In this document: one piece after another, positions 49,873 through 62,326 of the stretch | Numbering within the stretch: the stretch's first letter is position 1 | Layout of the letters: each line of letters begins with the position of its first letter | From: Haliotis rubra | Lineage: Eukaryota | NCBI RefSeq assembly: GCF_003918875.1 | Contig: NW_025766414.1 | Span: 1,054,001 to 1,118,000, forward strand | Direction: 5' to 3' | Length of the DNA: 64,000 nt | Made by a program: the position numbers and the translations under genes | The notes under the pieces: model-generated | What the model was told of the DNA's origin: nothing | Seen by the model: the letters and a program-made list of their open reading frames with translations, nothing else | Database searches by the model: none

Positions 49873-51945
49873 TTGACACAATACTGCCATTTCATTTAAA
49901 GCACATTTGAGCATTGGTATATATGCTATCACATCTCAAAGCAACTGTTCTTTGTACAAAGAGGAAAGTAAAATAATATCACTGTAAGAAACATCTAAGG
50001 AAACAAAAAAAATATATATAAAGTTCACAATAAAACAATCAAAGTAAAAAAATGGAAAATCTATTTTCCTTAAAATTATACACCTCTGGTAAAACTAATC
50101 TGCTATGCAGATGCCAATATCAATGACTTCTTAGGTGACCTTCTCTCATAAACATTCAAAGAAGATTCAGACATTCATTGGTCTCTGAATGTTTGTATTT
50201 GGTAAAACCTAAAAACCATCTTATTCAATGGCCAGTGCTGTAAAATCAATCACAAATAAATAGTAAAGTAACCAATGAGAATGTGGGCATGTATCATATC
50301 ACCTGTAAAGTATCGTGTGTATAGACCACTTGAGAAACGTGACATTCATATTTCAAAGTAGAATATGTACAGCAATACAAATACATGTCAAGTAGTTACA
50401 ACATAGCAGATCTCATGTGATCTTTGGCAAGAGAAATACATGACTTTGATCTAAGTCACATCTAGTTACAATAAGACAGAACTGATGTGGTCTTTGGCAA
50501 TTGTGACACGTGAATCTTTGATAGAACTGATATCATCTTTAGCAATTGTGATACACAAGTCTTCTGATAAATCTTATGTGATCTTTGGCAAGAGATACGT
50601 CTTGGATCTCAGGCACATCTAGTTACAATAAGATAGAACTGATGTGGTCTTTGGCAATTGTGACACGTAAATCTCTCATACAACTGGTATGATCTTTGGC
50701 AATTGTGATACATAAGTCTTTGATTTTAAGCTCTTTACACATTAGCTGCATGAACAGTATCTGTACAGCTCACTATAGAAGATTTTGATTTTGACTCATC
50801 GTAACACTGTGCTATAGACTGTAACATACTGTTTTCCTAACAGAATTTCCATTCAGAACATAACACTTTAACAACTCTGCCATAATGTACATGAATAGTA
50901 ATCCCACAAATCTGTAAAACAGTTCGGCGCCTAAACAAATTGTTTCCAAATATGAGGACTTATGTTTTGATTCTGCAACTTTCCAAGTTCTCTTGGGTTG
51001 GATTTGAAAGAGCTGAGCACAATGGCAGTCACAAAATCTTTACTTTTCCAGTTTCCAACTTGATATATAAAGATAATGCCACACAGTCTAAAAAGTATGT
51101 CTGTTAGGAAAACACAAAATGAACTACTGGTACCTCAAAATCCTTTATACAGACCAACACAGAGATAAGGTTAACATTATTTACACATAAGCAAAACATC
51201 CTATACAGGATAGATTAATGTCTGCCTTATAACAAAACAAAATTCTCATATGACTAGCATTATTTACACATTACCCCAAAACCCATTGTACATGCCATCG
51301 TCAGATTCATAAGATGTTGCCTGAACTTCTTTATCACAATTCATAGCATGTATATCCACAGAACTATCTCCCTTGTTCTGCACAACAGTTTCTAAATGCC
51401 ACGCAGAGAAGTGACATTGCCCGAATATGAATTGTTATATCTATCAGGATTTCAAGGAATTTATTGGCATCTAAGACATGTCTGTCATCTGGATCACATC
51501 ACACATGATCAATAGGCACACTTGAAAATTGTAGTCATATTGTAACCCAATATGGGCAGGTGGAGAAATGTTTACATCAACTTGGCCACCTTGTCCAGCA
51601 TCTTGTTTAGTGGATGAGGGTGCATATACAGGTAGTCACAAGCGACGTTAACAAGACCAACCTAGACTTTACAAGACTTAGGACTTGTGACACAAGTCAC
51701 AGACTGTAAATGTACCTTAACATGGAGGAACACTTGTAAGCTTGTGTGCTTAATGTACAAAAATATTGACACAAGTTGACTGAAGGTAATATTTTTGTTC
51801 TGATTGAATATTCACTATTCAAAAGATACATCTCTATCTCGGATTTGCACTAAAATGCTATGTGTTGTAGTTTCGATGTTTGGATGTTTATGTAAGCAAG
51901 GATTGTCAGGACGTCAGATTGAAATGAAGTCGCAAAGATGACTGA

Positions 51946-52027
51946 TCATTTCAGGCGTGGTGCAGATCGATCGTTGGTAAGTGTTTTACGCAAAGCCACA
52001 TTCGCAAACATAGGGTTCCTGTTGCGT
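51946..52027 (-). CDS. IRSp53/BAIAP2-family protein, last coding exon (WH2-like C-terminus)
   Basis: Acceptor TTCTTATTCCAG, phase 2. (L)RNRNPMFANVALRKTLTNDRSAPRLK* matches the F.xV.LR.T.TNDRSAP C-terminus of BAIAP2/BAIAP2L1/L2. Confidence 0.92.
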
Positions 52028-52164
52028 CTGGAATAAGAAGATACAATGCATAGAATAAATAAAAGAATAAATGATATACTATAAAAAGCCTGAATCAAAT
52101 AAGGTCTTTGAATGGCATTAAGAAGAGATACGAACAAGGAAGAGTGTTTTATGGATGTCAATGA

Positions 52165-52270
52165 CATGTGTCAACCAAATCAGTGAGTCTGACAACTTGA
52201 TCCCGTTAGTCGCCTCTTACAACAAGCATGAGTTACTGAATATCAGTTCTAACTCGGACCTTCACGGATC
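52165..52270 (-). mobile_element. Family B SINE-like repeat (intronic)
   Basis: GACATGTGTCAACCAA...CCCGTTAGTCGCCTCTTAC.ACAAGCATG..TTACTGAATATCAGTTCTAAC. Confidence 0.75.
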
Positions 52271-52349
52271 CAAGAGTGATGTGAATGATACTGTTTGGGG
52301 TCTAGGTAATCACTGTTTTACCTATATTAAGGTCAGTACCAAGATCAGT

Positions 52350-53185
52350 ACCTTTATACACCTGGTTGAAGGCGCATAGACCCATTTATACACCCGGATG
52401 AAGGAGCATAGACCCCCTTATACACCTGGTTAATTGAGCACAGAACCCCTTATACACCTGGTTGATTGAGCAAAGACCCCCTTATACACCTGGTTGAAGG
52501 TGCATAGACCCCCTTTTACACCTGTTTGAAGGAGCATAGACCTTCTTATACACCTGGTTGAGCATAGACCCCCTTATACCACTGGCTGAAGGAGCATAGA
52601 GCCCCTTATACACCTGGTTGAAGGAGCATAGAACCCCTTATACACCTGGTTGATTGAGCATAGAGCCCCTTATACACCTGGTCAAAGGAGCATTGACCCC
52701 CTTATACACCTGGTTGATTGAGCATAGACCCCTTTATACACCTGGTTCATTGAGCAGAGACTCTCTTATACATCTGGTTGATTGAGCATAGACCCCCTTA
52801 TACACCTGGTTCAAGGAGCATAGACCCCTTACACACCTGGTTGATTGAGCATAGACCCCTTTATACACCTGGTTCAAGGAGCATAGACCCCTTACACACC
52901 TGGTTGATTGAGCATAGACCCCTTTATACACCTGGCTGAAGGAGCATAGACCCCTTACTACTTGGTTGATTGCAAAGGTCCCCTTATACACCTGGTTGAA
53001 CGTGCATATTCCCCCTTATACACCTGTTTGAAGGAGCATAGACCTTCTTATACACCTGGTTGAAGGAGCATAGAACCCCTTATCCAACTGGTTGATTGAG
53101 CATAGACCCCCTTTTACACCTGGTCAAAGGAGCATAGACCCCCTTATACACCTGGTTGATTGAGCACAGACCTTCTTATACACCT
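52350..53185. repeat. 31-32-bp intronic minisatellite, about 26 copies
   Basis: CCCCTTATACACCTGGTTGA(TT/AG)GAGCATAGAC, with partly alternating variants. Confidence 0.95.
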
Positions 53186-53285
53186 CTTTGACCGTCATAG
53201 ATGCTCTTTCAAGAATTATTCCATGCTTACACCCTCCTTAACACCTATTTGATGTACAAAGCCCTCTACACATCTGCATACTTAC

Positions 53286-53910
53286 AGTTGTTCTTCCTCT
53301 TCGATGTAGTCAGTTGGTGGTGGAGGTGGTGGGAACGGGGAGGCATTCCCAGACCACTGTTGGTGCTGGTTTGTGACCGGTGGCGGCGGTGGTGGAGGAG
53401 CCTGTGGAGCCTGTGGAGCCTGTGGTAGCTGCTGATGGAGCCCTGTCTGGTAGTGATGGTCATGCTGACGGGGCAGTGTGTGGACCTCACCCTGACTTGT
53501 CAGAATCTGAGACAGAGTGGTGCCTTGAATTGAGACAGGGTGCACAGAAGAGGAAGTGGAGAGAGGATTCATAGGAGGAAGAGGAGGAGGAGGAGGAGGA
53601 GCAGAGGAAGAATTAGCAGAATGAGAGTTAGAGAGATGAGGTGTCGTCAAGGCTGGGCTTCGAGATGGGGCATCCATCATGTTATGGGCTGGGCTCTGAG
53701 ATGGAACTTCTCTCATACTTGGTTTCGGGACAAGGGTTTGAGGACATGCTTAGGTGTGCTGGGAGTGCCAGTATCATGTGGGGGGTGTGGTGGTGGGTGT
53801 GGTGGGTGTGGCTGTGTCGGAGCAGCAGGGTAGGGGAGAGAATGGGGGAGAGAATCATGCAATGGTTTCCTTGTAAGAGTGTTCATCTCCAGGAAAGGAA
53901 CTCCATGCTG
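53286..53910 (-). CDS. BAIAP2-like proline-rich exon (apparent 1-bp frameshift at ~53719)
   Basis: Acceptor TTCCCATTTCCTTCAAG/CAG, phase 0. HGVPFLEMNTLTRKP...PHPPHPPP...KPLSRNQ[fs]MREVPSQ...PPPPPPLPP...PFPPPPPPTDYIEEEEQ. Donor GTAAG, phase 2, matches the last exon. Confidence 0.8.
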
Positions 53911-54309
53911 CTTGAAGGAAATGGGAATAATTTGTTACTTTCATGATATTCAGGATCAAGTTCTGTGACGGCAATTAAGAGTAAGGTAATTTGTGGATGA
54001 GTCAACAGTGAGAAGAGGTGTGGAGTTAATAAGCCAGTTTGTCAGCATGTAAGATGAGATATTGCTAACACCATACATGTTCGAATTCTTATGCTTGTTA
54101 TCAGATATCTCTTAAACTTGACAAATAAAAGTGCCTTCTTTCTCATCTCCAGAAGAAATACCAAGTCAATATTAATTTCTTGCAAAATATGAAATGTTAG
54201 TATAAAATATTAATGGTAAAGGATACAAGAATATTCACATGCAGAGAAGTAGTTCTATGTTCTAACTCCAGAAGCATGCACTACTGTTAACTAAAATAAA
54301 CGCATTTCT

Positions 54310-54850
54310 GAACAAGCACCTCACAAACAATCAGCACCTCGTAACCACAGCACAGCATTCAACCTCAAACAGCACCTCATTCATACAACAGCACCTCAAA
54401 CAACAGCACCTGATGACTGTGAACAACACCTGACGTAACCCAAACAACAGCACAAACTAACAGCACAGACAACAGCACCTCAACAACCACCTCACAAACA
54501 ACAGAACCTCATCATGCGTAACAACAGAACCTCATCACTGCAAACAACAGAACCTCATCACTGCAAACAACAGAACCTCATCACTGCGAACAACAGAACC
54601 TCATCACTGCGAACAACAGAACCTCATCACTGCAAACAACAGAACCTCATCACCTGATTACTGTGAACAACAGAACCTCATCACTGCAAACAACAGAACC
54701 TCATCCTGCGAACAACAGAACCTCATCACTGCAAACAACAGAACCTCATCACTGCGAACAACAGAACCTCATCACTGCGAACAACAGAACCTCATCACTG
54801 CAAACAACAGAACCTCATCACTGCGAACAACAGAACCTCATCACAAACAG
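54310..54850. repeat. 23-bp intronic minisatellite
   Basis: AACAACAGAACCTCATCACTGC(A/G), about 14 regular copies at 54497-54845, with degenerate units upstream. Confidence 0.93.
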
Positions 54851-55864
54851 CAGCACCATATTACCACAAACATCAAGTGTTAAGGACAAAGAACAAGACA
54901 AATCTAGCACTTTTATCCAAGCCAAGCTACTAAAACTACTGACATTTGCAATCATCACCACTCTGTAACCATGGAAACAAGAAAAATTTGTTGCACCTTC
55001 GACATTTGTATCAAGGTCTATATTTCATTCATAAATTCTGCATAAATGTTCTTGACATTTCGGGGAACTGTGTTTCTTTTTAGTTATGACATAATCATAT
55101 TTCATATATGAAACAGTTTAATGGAGCCAAATGACAGTTATGAGACTTCTGAAATCACCAAACATCCAACCTATTGCCCGGACTATGGAACACAAAGATG
55201 TCTGCAATGAACAAAATGGGCCTTCCAAATAGCTGTCTGCCTGTAATATTTCACACAGTTTGGCCTAGGGTGTCGGGCTCAATATTGCATTCATGGCATA
55301 CGTGTATAAATTACAGGTGTATCCTCAACTGTTTAACCTTCACCCACTGGACGGACAGTGGACGGAGTCCAATCTCTTTACAAGAGTCTCATTGTCCAGA
55401 GTGTATGTAATGATGCCACAAGTTGACTGTGATGCCACTGCACAGTAGTCTCAGACTGTCACTTCAATATACTGGTAGTTAGGAGAAAAACATTTCATCC
55501 ATTTACTAAAAAAATGGACACTCAGAGAAAATGGATGGTTTCTTTTTATAAACCCACTGCAGCATTTGCCTGTGGTTTTGCAGGTATCTTGCTGTCTCAT
55601 TGTAACATTGTGTGAGGTTTCACGTTCACGTGAGGCCTGCACAGAGGATTTACACTTGAAGTGAAAAACACTGAATTATATAAAATGGATTTTTAATGTG
55701 CATCTAATTTTAAATGCACTGTGACACTATAATATTAAATTCAAACAGCATTGATTGAGCCATTTGGATTTTGAAAATCTCAGTAAAACAGAATTACCTT
55801 ACGATAAATAAGTTTTAATACAGAGAGGTTGAGGACTTGACAAATGGTAGCTGGGTAGGGAACT

Positions 55865-56194
55865 TAGGGCTGGGACGATACACTATGTCACGATACAATA
55901 CATATCGCGATATTTTACCTGCAATAGGATACGTATCACGATACATACACCTTGAAAGAATGACACGGTATCAAGATTTAAAATGATTTATTTCAAGGTA
56001 TTTGTGTTTAACAATAACACTATTGTAATAAACAAACAAGTAACTCCATCATACTTGCGTATTTTTCTCTAAATAAGTACTGTAACATGTTTAAGATAGC
56101 ACTGTTTAGAAAAAAAAGTTGTGTATCGTTTTGTATCGATAGCTGTATCAAACTTAAATGTATCACGATGCATCGGTGAATCATCCCAGCCCTA
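55865..56194. mobile_element. hAT-type MITE (~330 bp)
   Basis: TIRs TAGGGCTGGGA.GAT / ATCATCCCAGCCCTA, subterminal CGATA repeats, degenerate 8-bp TSD AGGGAACT/TGGGAACA. Confidence 0.8.
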
Positions 56195-56614
56195 TGGGAA
56201 CACAGGGATGTTGAAGAGTCAACTACACATTTGCAAATTTCAGTTAGTTTATACATCCAGCCACCTAACTTAGCCACAGCAATACATCACATCAGTCTGT
56301 ATGGGATCAACCATTTGATATTCTGAGGGAAGACTGGCACCGAGGAACAAAAAACTTAGACAGAAAAAATGAGGTTTGGAAAAATAAATAGTATGGTTCC
56401 TCCATTCAGAAATGTTTTAAAACTCTCCATCAAAACACACACTAACATTAACATCCACAATAACATGCACACAGACACGCACACATGCAAGCACACACGC
56501 TCGCAGACACACACGCCTACCCCTGAATATCAAATGGTTGCTCCCTAAAACTGCCCAACCACAAATACAACAGGAACTGACAAGCCAATACAAACGACAA
56601 CAACCATGCAGTAC

Positions 56615-56842
56615 CTTGGGGTCATAGTAGGGGTCAGGCAGGGTCTGGTACAGCTCCTGGGAACCCATGTCAACCTGGGGTGAAGGTCGAGGAAGGGTAT
56701 GAAAGCCGGAACTAGCTCGAGCAGATGATGTGTCTGACCCCATCCCCCCATAGGACATCATATGAGGGGCAAAGTCACCACTGGTTGTGTGGTACAGGTG
56801 ACTCGACCATGGAGACATAGAGGTCATGATGGGCATAGAGGG
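56615..56842 (-). CDS. BAIAP2-like internal exon (phase 0-0, 76 codons)
   Basis: Acceptor TTGCATTCCAG; PSMPIMTSMSPWSSHLY...FHTLPRPSPQ...YYDPK; donor GTACTG. Phases fit both neighbours. Confidence 0.7.
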
Positions 56843-57469
56843 CTGGAATGCAAGGTCGGGAGGTCAAGGTCAAAGAGGCACAGCACAGGGTTTATCACCA
56901 GTCCAATGGGAAAATGGTGTACAAATGTTTGTTTCATGTATGTGTCATAATTTAGGTTATGAATATGGTAAACAAATTCACAGTTTTGACAACTATATCA
57001 GATCAGATTTTTTTTTTCAAAATTAATAAACATGCTGGCAAACTTCAAAACACAAAACAACTTTGCCATTTTTTATTATTGCACTGAAATTTACTGTGCA
57101 ATACCACAATACAGGTAAAACACATTAATATGGCATCGTATGATGCAACAGATGTATCAACACTATGCATCAGAGGAACTGTGCCACCCATGTCTGTAAC
57201 TTGATGGAGGATATATTTTGTGTCACCCTCACAGGGGACAAGAACCACTTCCCCTGTGGCAGTCTGCAACAAACAACCTGTGCTCGCCCCTTGCTTCACC
57301 TTACTACACCAACATCCACAACTGGGGAAGGAATGTCCTTCACACAAGCTAAATGTGAAGAGGTCACTGCGAAGTTTTGACTGACCAAATCAATGGTCAA
57401 CATACGACACACACCTTTCTCTAGATTCCAGTTCTAGTTTCAAAATTCAAAATGTGAGAGTTGGACAAA

Positions 57470-57608
57470 TGATTGAGTATGATTTTACGCTGCTTTTAGC
57501 AATATTTCAGCAATATTACAGCAGGGGACACCAGAAATGGACTTCACACATTGTACCCATGTGGGGTATCAAACCCAGGACTTCGGCATTACGCTACCCC
57601 ACCGTCCC
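57470..57608 (-). mobile_element. SINE family A, diverged
   Basis: TTTTACGCTGCTTTTAGCAATATT...GACACCAGAAATGG...CTACCCCACCGTCCC. Confidence 0.8.
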
Positions 57609-58255
57609 AGGTTATTCTAAAATGACCTGTAATGAGATGTCCTCAGATCTGTCTGTAGCAGTGGCAACCACCAGGATCTGATTTCAATGAGATCATCAAC
57701 AGTGTTACCTGTATCTTCTGCCACATCATCAGCTTTGTACAGATCGTTTTAAAGAAAAACAAAGACCAAATCATCTACAGTGCTCAAAATTAAATTAAAG
57801 TCCTCAATTCAAATGGAAACTGTCGTAATACAAATAATAAAATGTCAAGACAGTAGGATTTAGGTCGCCATAGATGAAAACAGTAAGCCACAAGCATGGT
57901 CAAAGACCCTGAGTGCACCTTAGTAGAATGTATAAATGGAAACACCATGGACAAGACATGTTCATGATTGTTTATGGATTCATGAAGTATTCATCAATTA
58001 ATTACTCTAAATAGGGAAAGAAAGAACGAAATGGTGTCTACTTCATTACTTTCAAGAATTTAAGAGGGACAGATTGAAGGCTGCAAGAACAAGCAGATGC
58101 AGCACTTCGCACAATTTCCTAACAATGTCAGGTGTAGAGGAAACAAAAGTACTAAGTGAAATTCAGTCTAAACAAAGTCAATTTCTACTTCTACAGAACT
58201 TTGATTACTAGACTCTAAAGATATAACAAGAAATAGAATTGGTGTCATAGTCATA

Positions 58256-59113
58256 GAGTGAGTGAGTGAGTTTAGTTTTACGGCGCACTCAGCAATATTC
58301 CACCTATATGGCGGCAGTCTGTAAATAATCGAGTCTGGACTAGACAATCCAGGGATCAACAGCAGTATCAACCCAGTCAGCGAGACCCTCCATCCCGTTA
58401 GTTCGCCTCTTACGACAAGCATGGGTTACTGAAGATTATAGCTAAAATACATGGAATTATCATGAAACGGCCCTCCCATTATCAGAAATTTGCGGGCCGC
58501 TGCAAATAATATTGGACCGCTCAACCTTAAAGACGGGCCACTATCAGTTCTGTTGTCAAATGACATCATAGTGGGTGCGTGGGCTTACGGTTCATTCGAC
58601 ATTGGCTTTGGACTGGCAGATATTCTGGGGCAAACAAGTCAAAGCAACCCGAATATCCGCTTTAAAAAGCAGCAATGTTGGCTTTCTTGCTGGTGCTAAC
58701 CTTAACATTTGCACTATTAACGTTGTTGTTGGACCAAAACCGAACACTGACATGGTTTGGCATGTTGCAGGCTATGGTCTTGTCAAAGGCCAAGGTCGAA
58801 TATCGTCACTTTCTGTTGTGACGTCACTTGAATTGTTCGATGACGTAATTGCATTCGGGCAGTCAACTCCGTCAGAAGTTGGTTTTGAGTAAACTTACAG
58901 TCATATTCCTTCATTGTTTCCTTTTTCTTTTCAACACAAATTCCATGTATTTTAGCAATAATAACGGTAATGCTATTTTTGAGGGCATTATCATTTGCAG
59001 AAGCCCTCAGTCTTCGTCGGGGAGTTAATGGAAGACCTCGGGCTTCTGCAAATGATAATGCCCTCAAAAATAGCATTACCCTTATATCAGTTCTAACCCG
59101 GATCTTCACAGGT
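58256..59113 (-). mobile_element. Family B SINE-like repeat split by a ~650-bp insertion
   Basis: SINE 58256-58435 ends ...TTACTGAAGAT and resumes CAGTTCTAACCCGGATCTTCAC at ~59088; the same sequence is contiguous in the copy at 52233. Confidence 0.8.
58436..59087. mobile_element. Non-autonomous element with asymmetric IRs and a terminal 41-bp perfect hairpin
   Basis: IR 58437-58458 versus 58939-58960; hairpin arms 58966-59006 and 59040-59080; TTATA at both ends. Confidence 0.7.
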
Positions 59114-59438
59114 ACATTGTCATAGAAACTATACATCTCACATGTATACACAGACATGTTATCTGTTTCTTATGTCATTAAAGCATGTGTGTGTCTGATT
59201 AATGACATACATGTTGTATAACTTCACTCAACTTCACCATTTTAATATGTCAGGATCATCAAATCATCTCACAAAGGGACATAACTCTATCTGAAGCCAA
59301 CTACAAACAGCTCCTTCTGTTGGACGTGTATATACCTTTTTTCAAGCAAGAATATAGGAGAAACTGAAAACATATTTCTACATTGCTAAAGATCACATCG
59401 CCAATACACTATTCCCCTCACCCTCATCCACCACTGAC

Positions 59439-59595
59439 CTGGGATGTAGGTGTGATGTGTCGGACCATGGAACTCTCGTACAGTGACCGGGGACGCCGGC
59501 TGCGACCGGGCATGTCCACTTCGTAGCTGATGCTGATGTCCGAGATCTGGGACCGGGAGTCCAGCAGGTCGCCAATACTCTTTGCTCGGTGGAGG
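59439..59595 (-). CDS. BAIAP2-like exon downstream of the SH3 domain
   Basis: Acceptor TTCAG, phase 2; LHRAKSIGDLLDSRSQ...TPTSQ (compare the S..G.LLD segment of IRSp53); donor GTCAGT, phase 0. Confidence 0.85.
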
Positions 59596-60185
59596 CTGAA
59601 TGGAGACAATCACAAACACTGTACATACAATATATACACTGGAGAACATCAACATAAGTTCTGTGAATTACAACTGCACAAAACCTTTCACTTCCTGCCT
59701 CAAGAGTTACCATGGTGACCACTACAATCGCTTCAAATTGGATGAAGGGATAAAGTTACCAGTATTGTATTTATCAAGGAATATTTTATGTACCAAGGTA
59801 GAAAAAGAAACAATAAAAACCGCGCCAACACCATTTTCTCAAAATCCCTTGTCAGAAAACCAATTCTTATAATCTTTAAGCCTGAGAATCTCCCTAGTTC
59901 ATTTTAGAGCAGGTTTTAGAGACGGCATCCAAAATGTGAGTGAGTGAGTGAGTCATGACGTGATCGGAGAACATTTAATATTGAAATGAAATATATGCAG
60001 GACAGTAAAACAAAGACTAATTTGATATTCCTGGAAAGTTTTATCTACCAACATGATCCTTTATCCAACATGATCAATCCAATTGTCTGAAGGTCACATG
60101 TGTCACAGAACTGCCTATAATGACAGTCTTAATTGAAAGGCCTAATTGTGTGGACATGAGCAGAGTGTGACAGTATGTGACTCAC

Positions 60186-60254
60186 AGTTGAGCGTGGTCG
60201 GTGTGTCGACTGCCTCCGACAGCGTCAGTAAAAGACAGGGGGAACCAGCCAAAT
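60186..60254 (-). CDS. BAIAP2-like exon, SH3 C-terminal part
   Basis: Acceptor TTTTGACAG; (K)FGWFPLSFTDAVGG...; donor GTGAG; phase 2-2. GWFP.S.T is the SH3 signature. Too short for the ORF track. Confidence 0.92.
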
Positions 60255-61239
60255 CTGTCAAAAGTATAATGAATTGGAATTAATAACTCTTGGAACAGTA
60301 GCATGGCATGCCAGCTTCATGTCAGAGACCAAGTAGAAATGGTTGGTTAAACAAACAAAAAAAAGGAGATTATGGGAGACAACTCTGCAATGCCAGTTAT
60401 TGATTATTAGGACCTCACGGGTAATATTCCAGCAATATCACGGAGACAACTCTGCAATGCCAGTTATTGAGTATTAGGACACTTATGCCTGCAAGATTTT
60501 AAGTAAGTTAAACATTGTGGTTCCAAGAAAGTAAGTTAAACATTGTGGTTCCATATGAGCAATAGCCAACACAAGCAAGTAGTAGACAAAGCAACAGCAG
60601 TGTCAGAGTAAATCTGAACCAGAGCCAGATCCTGACAAATGTAAGGGACACAACTCAGCACTGCATGGCAGTGCCTTTGGCAACTGGGTCACATCTGCCC
60701 AAGTCAGAGCTGAGACTGCAAGACTAGTTCTTTGTCATCAGTGAATAGTCCATGTTTTAGAAATTTGCATGCTGTCTCTAAACCACATATGGGGCAGTGG
60801 GGTAGTCTAGTGGTTAAAGTGTTCGATAGTTACATAAATAAAGACAAAATATAGATGTGATTTGCGATAGTCTTAAAGATAAAACAGCAGCAATAATTCA
60901 AACACATTAAAGGAGTGGGAAATATTTTTTTTCCACCACTTGATACGGGTCAGGCATAAACCATATTACAAGTGGACTAATATGTATAAAACATGTGACC
61001 CTATGACGATCCGGGTAAAATTTGGCCATCAGCGAAAAGTGCTTGTCACGAGGAGGCTAACAGGATCGGGGTGTCGGACTTACTGAGATCGATGCTGTGA
61101 AGGACATCATGAGCAATATTCCACACTCACAGACAGGGCACGAACACACTAGGTCTCATCAACCAATCCATTTAATCACCTCTAATAACCATCATTTGTT
61201 GCTGGGGGACCAGTTCTGTTCTGCACTCCGAATAGGAAG

Positions 61240-61410
61240 TGAATGAGTGGGTAAGTGATTTTGGTTTGACGCCGCTTTTAGCAATATTCCAGCAATATCA
61301 TGGCAGGTGCACCAGAAATGGGCTTCACACATTGTACTCATGTGGGAATTGAATTAACATCTTCGGAGTGACGAGAGAACGCTTTAACCACTAGGCTATC
61401 CCACAGCCCC
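61240..61410 (-). mobile_element. SINE family A (intronic)
   Basis: Family A tail, body and tRNA head. Confidence 0.85.
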
Positions 61411-61513
61411 CGAAAGTGGGAATCATTATGCTGGTATAATCTGTTTTAATGATAGCAACAGTTCTTAGCCACTGAAATGGACAGACGACAATTGCAGGTA
61501 AGCTGTGACCTAC

Positions 61514-61700
61514 TTTCCAGTGTGAGCATTAAGGCCATACTGCCATCCGTCCGACTTCTCCCCAATGAGGGTGAGCACATCCCCATCAGTGAAGCTCAAC
61601 TGGTCCTCTCCGCGGCCGGTGTGGGCATAGATCGCCTGTACATTGGACTTGGCAGGGGAACCCTGGGTCATCGACGGGAGGCCGCGAGGTAATGTCTTGC
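61514..61700 (-). CDS. BAIAP2-like exon, SH3 N-terminal part
   Basis: Acceptor TTTTGTTTCCAG, phase 1; KTLPR...NVQAIYAHTGRGEDQLSFTDGDVLTLIGEKSDGWQYGLNAHTG; donor GTAGGT, phase 2. Confidence 0.93.
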
Positions 61701-62126
61701 CTGGAAACAAAACTGAGAATGATGAGCCGCATGGTTCAGGACAATAAGACCACAGTCTCAAACATCAGACATCAAATACTGACATGGCAGAATGTAGTAA
61801 CATTAACTCAATAATAAAGTGCATCGTGTGACATGGTGACATTGTCTCCAACTAAGGAGGTTGATGATATATTGCTACATTGATGACACTCACAATAACT
61901 GATGAAGCCTGCTCAATAAGACCAAGTCACGGAACTCATATCCTCTATAGACTATAGCTCCAGGCTTGGCATTTGGAAGATCTAACCTATCCTGAGGACC
62001 TTTCTTTATTGCACCTCAACGTGGTGGGAAAACTTTGCGTCATAAAAGGGATTTACACTTAGGTCTTCAGACCCTCTAATACTGATACAATGCTGACAAA
62101 ATCTGACTTGAGAAAGCTCCACCTAC

Positions 62127-62326
62127 TCTCTACAGGCATGGCGGCAGGCACAGCATACTCGGACGGTGCAGACTTCTGTCTCATGTACTCGGCGGAGGAG
62201 GCAGGCCGGTGGTACGGGCTGCCGTAGTGGCTGTCTCCGGGGTACACCATGCCGTTCTGGTGCTTCTGGGAGTTTTCCATGGCCTCACATCATCTCTGCT
62301 GTTTCTATCTACAGTCCTGGGCCCAT
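62127..62326 (-). CDS. BAIAP2-like linker exon (5' boundary uncertain, apparent indels)
   Basis: ...MENSQKHQNGMVYPGDSHYGSPYHRPASSAEYMRQKSAPSEYAVPAAMPVE; donor GTAGGT, phase 1, matches the SH3 exon. Upstream GPRTVDRNSRDDVR is in another frame. Confidence 0.7.

Noticed and set aside
43000-51945. Possible very long 3' UTR of the BAIAP2-like gene
   Set aside because: AT-rich and non-coding, but the transcript end cannot be determined from sequence alone.
53911-53962. Alternative acceptor GTCACAG at 53963 for the proline-rich exon
   Set aside because: All three frames hit stops; the acceptor at 53908-53913 has a better pyrimidine tract and the correct phase.
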